DNA from: Longimicrobiales bacterium
GTDB taxonomy: Bacteria; Gemmatimonadota; Gemmatimonadetes; Longimicrobiales; Gaopeijiaceae
Length of the DNA stretch: 64,000 nt
Reading direction: 5' to 3'
Assembly: GCA_965226375.1 (NCBI GenBank)
Contig: CBDDCX010000008.1
Location: forward strand, 800,001-864,000
In this document: in pieces, positions 28,523-37,551 of the stretch
Position numbering within the stretch: the first letter of the stretch is position 1
How the letters are laid out: each line of letters starts with the position of its first letter
Notes under the pieces: generated by a model
What the model saw: only the letters and a program-made list of their open reading frames with translations
Databases searched by the model: none
What the model was told of the DNA's origin: nothing
Translations under genes and position numbers: made by a program

Positions 28523-30141
28523 TCCCGAAGCCCGCGGACCTCCTGGTTCTCGCCGTCTCGGCGGTACTCCTCGCCAGCGCCTTTCCACCGTTCCACCTGC
28601 TGATTCCCTCGTTCGTCGGCCTCGTACCTCTGGCGGTCTGGATCGTGGACGGCCGGCGTGACGCAACAGCCGGAAGCGCGGGTGACGCGTCGGGTAACGC
28701 GTCGGGTAACGGGTCGGGTAGCGGGGCGGGCCGAGCGTTTCGGGGAGGCGTCTGGTTCGGTCTCCTGTACTTTGGACTCCTCTTCCACTGGATCGCCCTC
28801 TCTCTCATCTGGTTCACCGGATGGGCGATTCCCGCGTACCTGGCGGTGGTGTCGGCGCTCGCGCTCTGCGCCGGGGGGTTCGCCTGGGCCCTCCACCGTA
28901 TGGTACGGCGGGGTGGAGTTCCGCTGTGGCTTGCCCTTCCGCTGGCCTGGACGGCCCTGGAGTGGATGCGGGCACACGCACCGGGTGGGGTGGCACTTCC
29001 ATGGCTGGGTCTCGGGACTTCGCTGACGGGGTACCCCGAGCTGGTCGGGTCCGCCGAACTGGTGGGCGCTCGCGGGATCACGTTTTGGCTTGCCCTGCTC
29101 AATGGGCTGCTGGCCGAGGCTGTGCTCGCCGCTCGAAGCGAGCAGGCGCAGAGGAGGGTGGGGGGTTGGGCGGTCGCGTTCATCGTCGTTCTCGCCGTGC
29201 CGGCCTGGTGGGGTTACCGGCGTGCGGCCGATCTGCCCGTGCGGGCCGTCGGCCGCGTCGTCGTGGTGCAGCCCAACGTGGCCCAGCCGGTGCGGCTCGA
29301 CCCCGCTGTTACGATCGACAGTACGCTCCAAGCGCTGTCGAGACTCGCTCCCGCTGCCCCCCAGGAGGCTGCTCCCGAACTCGTGATCTGGCCCGAGGCC
29401 ACCATTCTGGGGCCGGTGGAGGAGGATGACGAGCTGCTGCGGCGCGTGGTCGAGGTGGCGGGGCAGTGGGGAGCCCCCGTCCTGTTCGGGGCCATCGGCC
29501 AAGGAAGCGAGGGTGCACACGGGTCGGTGCCGTTCAACTCGGCCTACCTCACGGGGGCGGACGGCGCGCTCACCGACTTCCGATACGACAAGCACCGACT
29601 TGTGCCCCTGGTGGAGCGAGTGCCTTTCGTGCCGGTCTCCTGGGTGGCGAGCAAGCAGGTATTCGGCCAGTACGGAAGGGGTAACGACTGGCCGTTGGGG
29701 CAGACGAGAAGTGGCGCGCGATTCGGCACGCTCATCTGCTTCGAGTCTGCCTTCGCGTCGCACGTCCGACGCTTCCGGCTGGAGGGCGCCGACATCCTGG
29801 TGAACATCACCAACGACGCATGGTTCGGAAGGGAGCCCTGGTACACGAAGACGGCGGCTCTCTGGCAGCATCCGGCGCATCTGGTCATGCGCGCCATCGA
29901 GAACCGGGTGGGAGTAGCCCGTGCGGCAAACACGGGCATCTCGCTCTTCGTGGACCCCCTGGGTCACGTCTATGAGCAGACCCGGCTGTTCCGGTCTGAG
30001 GCTCGCGAAGCCGTCCTCTACACGAGCGACGTCACGACCCTCTACACTCGGACAGGGGACGTGGTCGGCCCGCTGGCGGCGGTGCTCACGCTGGTACTTC
30101 TGGTCGGATCAGGGCGCAATCGCGGGCCGTGGGTCGGCTAA
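28519..30141 (+). CDS. lnt: Apolipoprotein N-acyltransferase
   Basis: TM region; nitrilase triad WPEA, YDKHRLVP, ICFES; NITNDAWFG, RAANTGIS. Confidence 0.95.
   Translation: MIPKPADLLVLAVSAVLLASAFPPFHLLIPSFVGLVPLAVWIVDGRRDATAGSAGDASGNASGNGSGSGAGRAFRGGVWFGLLYFGLLFHWIALSLIWFTGWAIPAYLAVVSALALCAGGFAWALHRMVRRGGVPLWLALPLAWTALEWMRAHAPGGVALPWLGLGTSLTGYPELVGSAELVGARGITFWLALLNGLLAEAVLAARSEQAQRRVGGWAVAFIVVLAVPAWWGYRRAADLPVRAVGRVVVVQPNVAQPVRLDPAVTIDSTLQALSRLAPAAPQEAAPELVIWPEATILGPVEEDDELLRRVVEVAGQWGAPVLFGAIGQGSEGAHGSVPFNSAYLTGADGALTDFRYDKHRLVPLVERVPFVPVSWVASKQVFGQYGRGNDWPLGQTRSGARFGTLICFESAFASHVRRFRLEGADILVNITNDAWFGREPWYTKTAALWQHPAHLVMRAIENRVGVARAANTGISLFVDPLGHVYEQTRLFRSEAREAVLYTSDVTTLYTRTGDVVGPLAAVLTLVLLVGSGRNRGPWVG
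28679..28726 (+). repeat. Four imperfect tandem 12-bp repeats inside lnt (Gly/Ser/Asn/Ala loop)
   Basis: cgggtgacgcgt, cgggtaacgcgt, cgggtaacgggt, cgggtagcgggg. Confidence 0.85.
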
Positions 30142-30166
30142 CCCCAATACCCGATCGCCCGTGCGC

Positions 30167-30195
30167 TTGAACTGACTTGACCACATTTCTATATT
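30167..30195 (+). promoter_or_regulatory. Candidate sigma-70 promoter for rpmE-prfA-prmC
   Basis: TTGAAC-N17-TATATT in an AT-rich patch upstream of rpmE. Confidence 0.55.
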
Positions 30196-30280
30196 TCCCA
30201 GGCTAAAGAGCGGGTGCAGGCTCCCGCGAGGCGTTCTCGCCGCCCCCTGACCGCTTTCTGTTGAATACCGGAGATGGATC

Positions 30281-30487
30281 ATGAAAGAGGGTATCCACCC
30301 TGAGTACGTGCAGGCGAAGGTGACCTGCTCGTGTGGACACACGTTCGAGACCATGGCGACACAAGCCGCCGTGCACACCGACATCTGCTCGGTATGCCAC
30401 CCGTTCTACACGGGCAAGCAGCGTCTGGTGGACACGGCCGGACGGGTCGAGCGGTTCAATAAGAAGTACGAGAAGGCCAGCAAGTAG
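30281..30487 (+). CDS. rpmE: 50S ribosomal protein L31 (zinc-binding type)
   Basis: [31 protein letters not shown]. Confidence 0.97.
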   Translation: MKEGIHPEYVQAKVTCSCGHTFETMATQAAVHTDICSVCHPFYTGKQRLVDTAGRVERFNKKYEKASK

Positions 30488-30511
30488 GACGCAACCAGGT
30501 CCGATTCGCTT

Positions 30512-31612
30512 ATGGGTAACTCCGGAGGAGTCGATGAGCGGCTGCTTGCCCGTCTCCGTGAGGCTCAAGGGCGCATCCGCGATTTGGACCTCGAGCTGGC
30601 CAACCCGGACGTGGTCCAGAACCTGGACCGACTTCGGACACTCGGACAGGAGCGGGCTGAACTCGAGCCGGTGATCCTGGTCGCGGACCGCCTGCTGGGT
30701 CTGCTCGACGAGCATGACGGAGCACAGGAGTTGCTGTCCGAGTCCGACGATCCCGAGATGCGCTCCATGGCGGAGGAGGAGATCAGTTCCCTCGAGGCCC
30801 AGATCGGGACCTTGGAAGGCGAGGCGCGAAAGCTCCTCATTCCGAAGGACCCTATGGATGACCGTGCGGCCGTCGTGGAGATCCGAGCCGGAACGGGGGG
30901 TGACGAGGCGGGGCTCTTCGCGCACGATCTCTTCCGCATGTACAAGAGGGTAGCGGAGCGCGCGGGCTGGAGCATCGAGCTCATGAGCTTCTCCGAGGGC
31001 ATCCCGGGCTCGGTCAAAGAGGTCATCTTCACGGTCCGAGGGCAGGGTGTCTACGGACGGCTCCGGTTCGAATCTGGGGTACACCGCGTGCAGCGCGTTC
31101 CGGAAACCGAGAGCCAGGGCAGAATCCACACCTCGGCGGCTACGGTGGCCGTGCTGCCCGAGGCCGAGGAGGTCGACCTGGAAATCGACCCCAAGGACCT
31201 GCGGATCGACGTCTTTCGCTCTTCCGGTCCCGGAGGCCAGTCCGTGAACACGACGGACTCGGCGGTGCGCATCACACACGTGCCCACAGGGTTGGTCGTG
31301 TCGCAGCAGGATGAGAAGTCGCAGCACAAGAACAAGGCTAAGGCGCTCAAGGTCCTGAGGAGCCGTCTGCTGGATCAGAAGATCGCGGAGCAAGAAGCCG
31401 AGAGATCGCGGGAGCGACGGGCCCAGGTCGGCACGGGGGACCGGTCCGCGAAGATCCGCACGTACAACTTTCCGCAGAGCCGTGTGACCGATCATCGGAT
31501 CAAGCTCACCGTGCACAACCTGGCCCAGGTATTGGACGGTGACTTGAGCGACTTGATCGAAGCATTGCGGCTCGCGGAGCAGGAAGAGCGCCTTCAGGGC
31601 GACGAGGGGTGA
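30512..31612 (+). CDS. prfA: Peptide chain release factor 1
   Basis: EIRAGTGGDEA, VQRVPETE (PxT), GGQ, RTYNFPQSRVTDHR. Confidence 0.97.
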   Translation: MGNSGGVDERLLARLREAQGRIRDLDLELANPDVVQNLDRLRTLGQERAELEPVILVADRLLGLLDEHDGAQELLSESDDPEMRSMAEEEISSLEAQIGTLEGEARKLLIPKDPMDDRAAVVEIRAGTGGDEAGLFAHDLFRMYKRVAERAGWSIELMSFSEGIPGSVKEVIFTVRGQGVYGRLRFESGVHRVQRVPETESQGRIHTSAATVAVLPEAEEVDLEIDPKDLRIDVFRSSGPGGQSVNTTDSAVRITHVPTGLVVSQQDEKSQHKNKAKALKVLRSRLLDQKIAEQEAERSRERRAQVGTGDRSAKIRTYNFPQSRVTDHRIKLTVHNLAQVLDGDLSDLIEALRLAEQEERLQGDEG

Positions 31613-32529
31613 GCGCCGCCGAGGGAGCCGCCCCCGTCGGGAACAATGCCGGTCCCGACGAGCCGTGGACGATTCTTCGCATGATCTTGTGGAGCGCCGA
31701 CTACCTGGCCGAAAAGGGTGTGCAGAGCAGCCGCCTGGATGCGGAGTGGCTCTTGGCCGATGCGCTGGAGGTCGAACGCCTGCAGCTGTATCTGCAGTAC
31801 GATCGGCCGCTGAGCCCCGAAGAGCGGGCAGCCTTCAAGCCGTTGTTGCGTCGCCGGGCCGGCCGTGAGCCATTGCAGTACATCCTCGGCCGCACGGCCT
31901 TTCGGGAACTGGACCTGATGACCGACACGAGGGTTTTGGTGCCTCGTCCCGAGACCGAGGTCTTGGTCGAGGAGGTTCTCGCTTGGGCGGCCGCCAGGCC
32001 GGAGGCTCTGGAGACCGTCTTGGATGTCGGGACGGGCAGCGGCGCCGTAGCACTGTCTCTGGCGGTGGAGGGAGCCTGCGGGCGGATCGTCGCCACCGAC
32101 ATTTCGTCTGAGGCGCTCGAGGTGGCCGCGGCGAATGCCCGGCGGCATGATGTCACCGAACAGGTGGAGTTCCGTCTGGGCGGGTTGTTCGTGGCCCTGG
32201 AAGTGGAGGAGCGATTCGACCTCGTCGTCTCGAATCCTCCCTATGTAGAAGAGGGACAGAAGCCGGAGCTTGAGCCCGAGGTGAGTGAGTGGGAGCCCGC
32301 TGGAGCTCTGTTCGCCGGGCCGGACGGGCTGGATGTGATCCGGCCACTGATCGCAGGCGCCGCGGGACGGGTGCTGCCGGGAGGGCTTCTGGCTCTGGAG
32401 GTAGGCACGGGACAGGAGTCCCGAGTGGTTGAATTGATCGAAGAGACGGGGGCGTTCGCCCCTGCGCGGGTGCGACGCGATCTGAGCGGACGCCCGCGGG
32501 TCGTGATGGCCGAGCGGATCGGAGAATAG
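31609..32529 (+). CDS. prmC: Release factor glutamine methyltransferase
   Basis: EPLQYILG, VLVPRPETE, DVGTGSG, SNPPY. Confidence 0.96.
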   Translation: MSAAEGAAPVGNNAGPDEPWTILRMILWSADYLAEKGVQSSRLDAEWLLADALEVERLQLYLQYDRPLSPEERAAFKPLLRRRAGREPLQYILGRTAFRELDLMTDTRVLVPRPETEVLVEEVLAWAAARPEALETVLDVGTGSGAVALSLAVEGACGRIVATDISSEALEVAAANARRHDVTEQVEFRLGGLFVALEVEERFDLVVSNPPYVEEGQKPELEPEVSEWEPAGALFAGPDGLDVIRPLIAGAAGRVLPGGLLALEVGTGQESRVVELIEETGAFAPARVRRDLSGRPRVVMAERIGE

Positions 32530-32581
32530 AACATCCACCGAGTCCCGGCGCGGGGTTCGGACTACAGAGGCAGGAAGCTAC

Positions 32582-32938
32582 ATGTCGAGAATGATGGAGA
32601 TGGCCATGGACCTGGGCAGAGCGCTTGCTCAGACGGACGAATATCAGATTCTCAAGGTTGCCGTCTCATCGACCGAAGAGGACGGGGCGATGGCCGATCT
32701 GCGGACCGAGCTCGAGGGCCTCGAGAGAAAGATCGAAGAGGCACTCCAGGCCGGGGGTGAGCCCGATGACGACCTCAAGTCGAGTTACGAAGATGCCGTG
32801 CACCGGCTGCAGGCGAGCTCTTCGTATCAACGGCTCGTGTCGGCCCAAACGAACTTCGACAAGGTTCTGCTCAAGGTGAACCACACGATCCAGGAAGGGA
32901 TCGCGGTCGGTGCCGAGAGCCGGATCATCATGCCGTGA
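32582..32938 (+). CDS. YlbF/YmcA (Com_YlbF)-family helical protein
   Basis: AMDLGRALAQTDEYQ..., Y..LVSAQTNFDKVLLKVNHTI pattern; 118 aa. Confidence 0.7.
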   Translation: MSRMMEMAMDLGRALAQTDEYQILKVAVSSTEEDGAMADLRTELEGLERKIEEALQAGGEPDDDLKSSYEDAVHRLQASSSYQRLVSAQTNFDKVLLKVNHTIQEGIAVGAESRIIMP

Positions 32939-33008
32939 GACCCGCTGGACTCCCTCTGCAGGCCTGTAGGGCTTTCAGGGCCTGTGACCCGGTCACTCTG
33001 ACGCAATA

Positions 33009-33641
33009 ATGGCAAGGAACCTCGACGACCTCCGCGATCGGGTCTACCCGATCATCGATCCGCTGACGCAGTGGCTGGTGAGAATGCGCGTGCATCCGAA
33101 CGCTATCACCACCAGCGGCTTCGTGGTCACGGTGTTCGCCGGGTTCCTCTACGGGACCGACCACGTGCGTACCGCGGGATTCTTCGTCCTCCTGGGCGGT
33201 GCCCACGACATCTTCGACGGGCGTGTGGCCCGCGAGTCCGGGCTGCAGTCCAAGTTCGGCGCGTTCTACGACTCGGTGCTCGACAGGATCAGCGAGGTGG
33301 CCATCTACATAGGGTTGATCTCGCTTTACAATCAGTACGAGATGTCCCTCCTGAACATCGGCATGATCTACTTGATCGCACTGGCCATGGCGGGCTCTCT
33401 CATGATCAGTTACACGAGGGCGAAGGCGGAAACGTTGGGCCTGGATTGCTCCATCGGCCTGATGCAGAGAGCCGAGCGGGTGGTCCTTTTGGGCGTCGGA
33501 TCTCTGATCTTCGGCCTGAGTTGGGATGGCCTCGTCATCAGTGGCGTTATCGTAATATTCGCCGTTCTCACGAATGCGACGGCGGTGAGAAGGATTCTTT
33601 GGGTGTACAAGCAAGCAGCGGGCGTACCTCTGGACGGGTGA
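33009..33641 (+). CDS. CDP-alcohol phosphatidyltransferase, likely phosphatidylinositol-phosphate synthase type
   Basis: HPNAIT, DIFDGRVAR-x7-FGAFYDSVLD signature, ISYTRAKAE, MQRAER; adjacent to ino1. Confidence 0.85.
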   Translation: MARNLDDLRDRVYPIIDPLTQWLVRMRVHPNAITTSGFVVTVFAGFLYGTDHVRTAGFFVLLGGAHDIFDGRVARESGLQSKFGAFYDSVLDRISEVAIYIGLISLYNQYEMSLLNIGMIYLIALAMAGSLMISYTRAKAETLGLDCSIGLMQRAERVVLLGVGSLIFGLSWDGLVISGVIVIFAVLTNATAVRRILWVYKQAAGVPLDG

Positions 33642-33675
33642 CGCTCTCATCCCGCCAACCAAGGAGAAAAAAAAA

Positions 33676-34989
33676 GTGAAAGAACGTCCTGAGATTCGGT
33701 CCGCCGAGGGACGCCTCGGCGTACTTCTTCCCGGTATGGGAGCCGTGGCCACCACGACCATCGCCGGCGTCCTGCTCGCCAAGAAGGGTCTGGCAGAGCC
33801 GATCGGAAGCCTCACTCAGATGAACACTATTCGGCTGGGGCAGCGCACCGACAATCGCACCCCGCTCATCAAGGACTTCATCGGGTTGGCGGAGCTCGAC
33901 CAGATCGTGTTCGGCGGCTGGGACCCCATACCGGACAATGCCTACGAGAGTGCGGTGAACGCTGGTGTGCTGAGCGCGAAGCACCTCGATCCCATCAAGG
34001 ACGAGCTGTCCGCCATCAAGCCGATGCCGGCCGCGTTCGACACGGAATACGTCACTCGCTTGGACGGGCCCAACAAGAAGACGGGGGCCAACAAGCGGGA
34101 GATCGCGGAGCAGATTCGCGAGGACATCCGGAACTTCAAGGAAGAGAACGGCTGCGACCGGGTGGTCATGGTTTGGTGCGCATCGACCGAGATCTTTCTT
34201 CGCGCGGGACCGACCCACGAGACCGTGGAGTCATTCGAGAAGGCGATGGAAGAGAACGACCCCTCCATCGCTCCGAGCATGCTGTATGCGTATGCGGCCC
34301 TCATGGAGGGGGTCCCTTATGCGAACGGTGCTCCGAACTTGTCCGCGGACTTTCCGGCGTTCGAGGACTACGCGAAGGAAAACGGCATTCCGATCTGCGG
34401 GAAGGACTTCAAGACGGGCCAGACCCTGATGAAGACGATCCTCGCGCCCGGGTTCAAGGCGCGCATGCTGGGGCTCCATGGCTGGTTCAGTACCAACATC
34501 CTGGGCAATCGCGACGGGGCCGTACTGGACGATCCCGCGAGCTTCAAGACCAAGGAAGAGTCGAAGCTGGGCGTCATCGACCACATTCTTCAGCCGGAGC
34601 TGTATCCGGTACTCTACGGAGACATCTACCACAAGGTGCGGATCAACTACTATCCGCCCCGTGGGGATGACAAGGAGGGGTGGGACAACATCGACATCTT
34701 CGGATGGCTGGGCTACAAAATGCAGATCAAGGTCGACTTCCTCTGCAAGGACTCGATCCTGGCGGCGCCCCTCGTCCTCGATCTGGCGATCTTCATGGAT
34801 CTCGCGGGTCGGGCCGGAATGGGGGGCATCCAGGAGTGGCTCTCATTCTACTTCAAGAGCCCGCAGTGTGCTCCGGGCCTCTATCCCGAGCATGACCTGT
34901 TCATTCAGCATTGGAAGCTCAAGAACACGCTCCGCTGGCTCGTGGGTGAAGAGCAGATCACGCACCTGGGCCGCGAGTACTACGAGTAG
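33676..34989 (+). CDS. ino1: Inositol-3-phosphate (myo-inositol-1-phosphate) synthase
   Basis: GMGAVATT, VFGGWD, GKDFKTGQT, NILGNRDG, DSILAAPLVLDL. Confidence 0.93.
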   Translation: MKERPEIRSAEGRLGVLLPGMGAVATTTIAGVLLAKKGLAEPIGSLTQMNTIRLGQRTDNRTPLIKDFIGLAELDQIVFGGWDPIPDNAYESAVNAGVLSAKHLDPIKDELSAIKPMPAAFDTEYVTRLDGPNKKTGANKREIAEQIREDIRNFKEENGCDRVVMVWCASTEIFLRAGPTHETVESFEKAMEENDPSIAPSMLYAYAALMEGVPYANGAPNLSADFPAFEDYAKENGIPICGKDFKTGQTLMKTILAPGFKARMLGLHGWFSTNILGNRDGAVLDDPASFKTKEESKLGVIDHILQPELYPVLYGDIYHKVRINYYPPRGDDKEGWDNIDIFGWLGYKMQIKVDFLCKDSILAAPLVLDLAIFMDLAGRAGMGGIQEWLSFYFKSPQCAPGLYPEHDLFIQHWKLKNTLRWLVGEEQITHLGREYYE

Positions 34990-34990
34990 A

Positions 34991-35637
34991 GTGGCGCGCG
35001 GGCCGTTCCTAGCGTTGGAGGGTGTGGAGGGGGCCGGGAAACGACCCAGGGCCGCCTCTTGGCGGATTGGTTGACGTCGTCCGGGGTGAGCTTCGAGCTC
35101 GCCCGGGAGCCCGGCGGCACCGGTGTGGGTGAGGCGATCCGCAACGTGGTGCAGGATCGGCCCGAGCTGAACGTGCCACCCGAGACGGAGCTGTTGCTCT
35201 ATCTGGCGGCGCGAACGGCATTCGTGCGTGAGATCGTCCGTCCGGTGCTCGAGCGCGGCGATCTCTTTATCGCAGACCGGTTTTCTCTGTCGACTTTCGC
35301 GTATCAGGGATATGGACGAGGGCTGGACCTGGACGAAGTTCGCCGGTTGGATCACTTCGCGACGGACGGTCTGGTACCCGATCTCTACCTCGTCTTCGAC
35401 ATTCCGGTGGAGGTGGGCAGAGCCAGGCAGAAGGCCGAAGGTAAGGAGGAGGATCGTCTCGAGCTTGCCGGCAACGAGTTCCTCGAGGCGGTGAGGCAGG
35501 GGTACCAGGAGTTGGTAGAGGGCGATGACCGGGCCTGCCTGATCGACGCCGGTGGTACGGCCGATGAGGTGCAGGCACTCGTCAGAGAGACACTTCGCAA
35601 AGAAATGCCTGCAACTTTCGCACGACTTGATGATTAG
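34991..35637 (+). pseudogene. tmk: Thymidylate kinase with 1-nt frameshift in the P-loop (probably a sequencing error)
   Basis: GTG 34991 gives FLALEGVEGAGK; continuation TTQGRLL..REPGGT..DRFSLSTFAYQGYGRG is in another frame; break at gggaaacg (about 35036-35043). Confidence 0.85.
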
Positions 35638-35691
35638 TTTTCTTGGAAGGGGAGCGGAAGGACCGGGCGTGGAGCAGAGGTGGGAGCAGAA

Positions 35692-37374
35692 ATGAAAGAT
35701 TCCAGATCGATTCTCGGCCCGGCGGTGGTGTTGGCCATTGCTCTCGTCACGGGGGGATGGTTCCTCCAACGTGGCGTGGGACAGGAGACCAACGTCTACG
35801 TTCAGGCCAGGCTGTTCCAGGAAGTCATGGAGCACGTCTCGGAGCAGTACGTCGATCCTGTGGATCGGTCCGGCCTCATTGAGTCCGCCATCGAGGGTGT
35901 TCTGGAGGAACTGGGCGACCCACACACGTCGTTCATCGATGCCGCGACCTGGGAAAGCTTCCGCTTCCGCAGTGGCGCCGACGCAGAGTACGGAGGTGTC
36001 GGTCTTGAAATCCTGAAGAGGGATGGCTGGGTGACCGTCATCGCTCCGTTGCCCGGCGGGCCGGCCATTCGAGCCGGTATCCGTGCGGGTGATCAGATCG
36101 TGGAGGTCGAAGGGGAGTCGGCCGAAGATTGGGAGACGGATGCGGCTGCCGACCGGCTTCGGGGGAGCCCCGGGACCGACGTGGCGATCATGATCCGCCG
36201 GCCCGGTGTCGACGACCCCATCCCGTTCACGTTGACGCGCGACGTTATCGAACTCCTGTCCGTGCCCTTCTCGCTCATGGTCGAGGACGGAGTGGGCTAC
36301 ATCCCGCTGGAGGTGTTCAGCGAGACCTCGGGTCGAGAGATGCGAGACGCGATCACGAGCCTCAGGGACCAGGGGATGACGTCTCTCGTTCTGGACCTGA
36401 GAGACAATCCCGGGGGGCTTCTGGATGAGGGCGTGTCCATCGCCGACATGTTCTTGCCCAGTTCGTCTGCCATTCTCGAGACGAGAGGCCGGGCTGCGGG
36501 CCAGAACCAGAAGTTCGCCGCTTCGAGGCCCGCGTTGCTTCCGAACCTCCCTGTGGTGGTGTTGGTGAACCAGGGCAGCGCGAGTTCTTCGGAGATCGTC
36601 GCAGGGGCCTTACAGGATCACGATCGTGCGCTCATCGTGGGGGGACGGAGTTACGGCAAGGGGTCGGTGCAAACGCTCTACCGGCTGAGTGGGGGCAACA
36701 TCCTCCGCCTGACCACGGCCCGGTGGTACACTCCGGTGGGCAGGTCCATACACATGACCCGCGAAGAGCAGATGGCTTCGCGAGCGCCTGAGACGTCCAC
36801 GCTGGCCTTGAGCGGTCAGCGCGTGCTCAAAGACGATCGTGAGGGGCGGCCGACCGTGGAGTCGATGGGAGGCAGGATACTCTTTGGAGGGGGAGGCATC
36901 ACGCCCGATGTGACGGTGCTTCCCGACACGTTGACCCTCGCCGAGCAGGAGGCGGTTCAACGAGTTTTCCGCTCTGCCGGTGTCTTTGCCACGGCGCTCT
37001 TCAACTTCTCCGTGAGTTACGTGCAGGAGCACCCCGACCTGGAGCTTGGCTTCGTTTCGTCGGGTGCCGATCTGGACCGGTTTTACCGATATCTCGTGGA
37101 TGAGCATGAGGTCGAGCTGGATCGGGCGGACTTTATGGCGGCCCGTCGCTTTGTCCGATATCAGCTCGAGAGGGAGATCGCCTTGCAGGCTTGGGACGAG
37201 GAGGATGCCTTCCGGCAGATCCGGACTCGGGACGCCCAACTCAACAAGGCGATCGAGCTGCTCCAGAACTCTGAATCGCCTCAGGCCCTCTTCCAGGCTG
37301 CGGGTGAGACCCAGGGTCCTGACGCCCAGAGCGCCGTCGGAGCGAGCACGTCCGGGGCGCCTGACTCGAACTGA
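35692..37374 (+). CDS. C-terminal processing protease (S41 family, PDZ)
   Basis: LGDPHT, PDZ GVGLEI, LDLRDNPGG, SASSSEIVAGALQD, YGKGSVQ. Confidence 0.93.
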   Translation: MKDSRSILGPAVVLAIALVTGGWFLQRGVGQETNVYVQARLFQEVMEHVSEQYVDPVDRSGLIESAIEGVLEELGDPHTSFIDAATWESFRFRSGADAEYGGVGLEILKRDGWVTVIAPLPGGPAIRAGIRAGDQIVEVEGESAEDWETDAAADRLRGSPGTDVAIMIRRPGVDDPIPFTLTRDVIELLSVPFSLMVEDGVGYIPLEVFSETSGREMRDAITSLRDQGMTSLVLDLRDNPGGLLDEGVSIADMFLPSSSAILETRGRAAGQNQKFAASRPALLPNLPVVVLVNQGSASSSEIVAGALQDHDRALIVGGRSYGKGSVQTLYRLSGGNILRLTTARWYTPVGRSIHMTREEQMASRAPETSTLALSGQRVLKDDREGRPTVESMGGRILFGGGGITPDVTVLPDTLTLAEQEAVQRVFRSAGVFATALFNFSVSYVQEHPDLELGFVSSGADLDRFYRYLVDEHEVELDRADFMAARRFVRYQLEREIALQAWDEEDAFRQIRTRDAQLNKAIELLQNSESPQALFQAAGETQGPDAQSAVGASTSGAPDSN

Positions 37375-37551
37375 ACCAGTACACCGTTCTAGGAGCGCTT
37401 TTCACCCTGCGCCTGATCCGTCTCAGGCCACCGATCGTCTCGTATCTCGGTCCGGTTAGTCCGACCTATCGAGACCTGCGAACGCCCCTGACTATCCGGT
37501 AGACTAGATGCTCGTTTTCCATGCTCCGTTCCGTCGCGAGTCGGCTCACCC

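Noticed and set aside
30526..30674. SD-preceded ATG at 30534 overlapping the prfA start
   Set aside because: Out of frame, no recognisable product; the prfA frame is continuous from 30512
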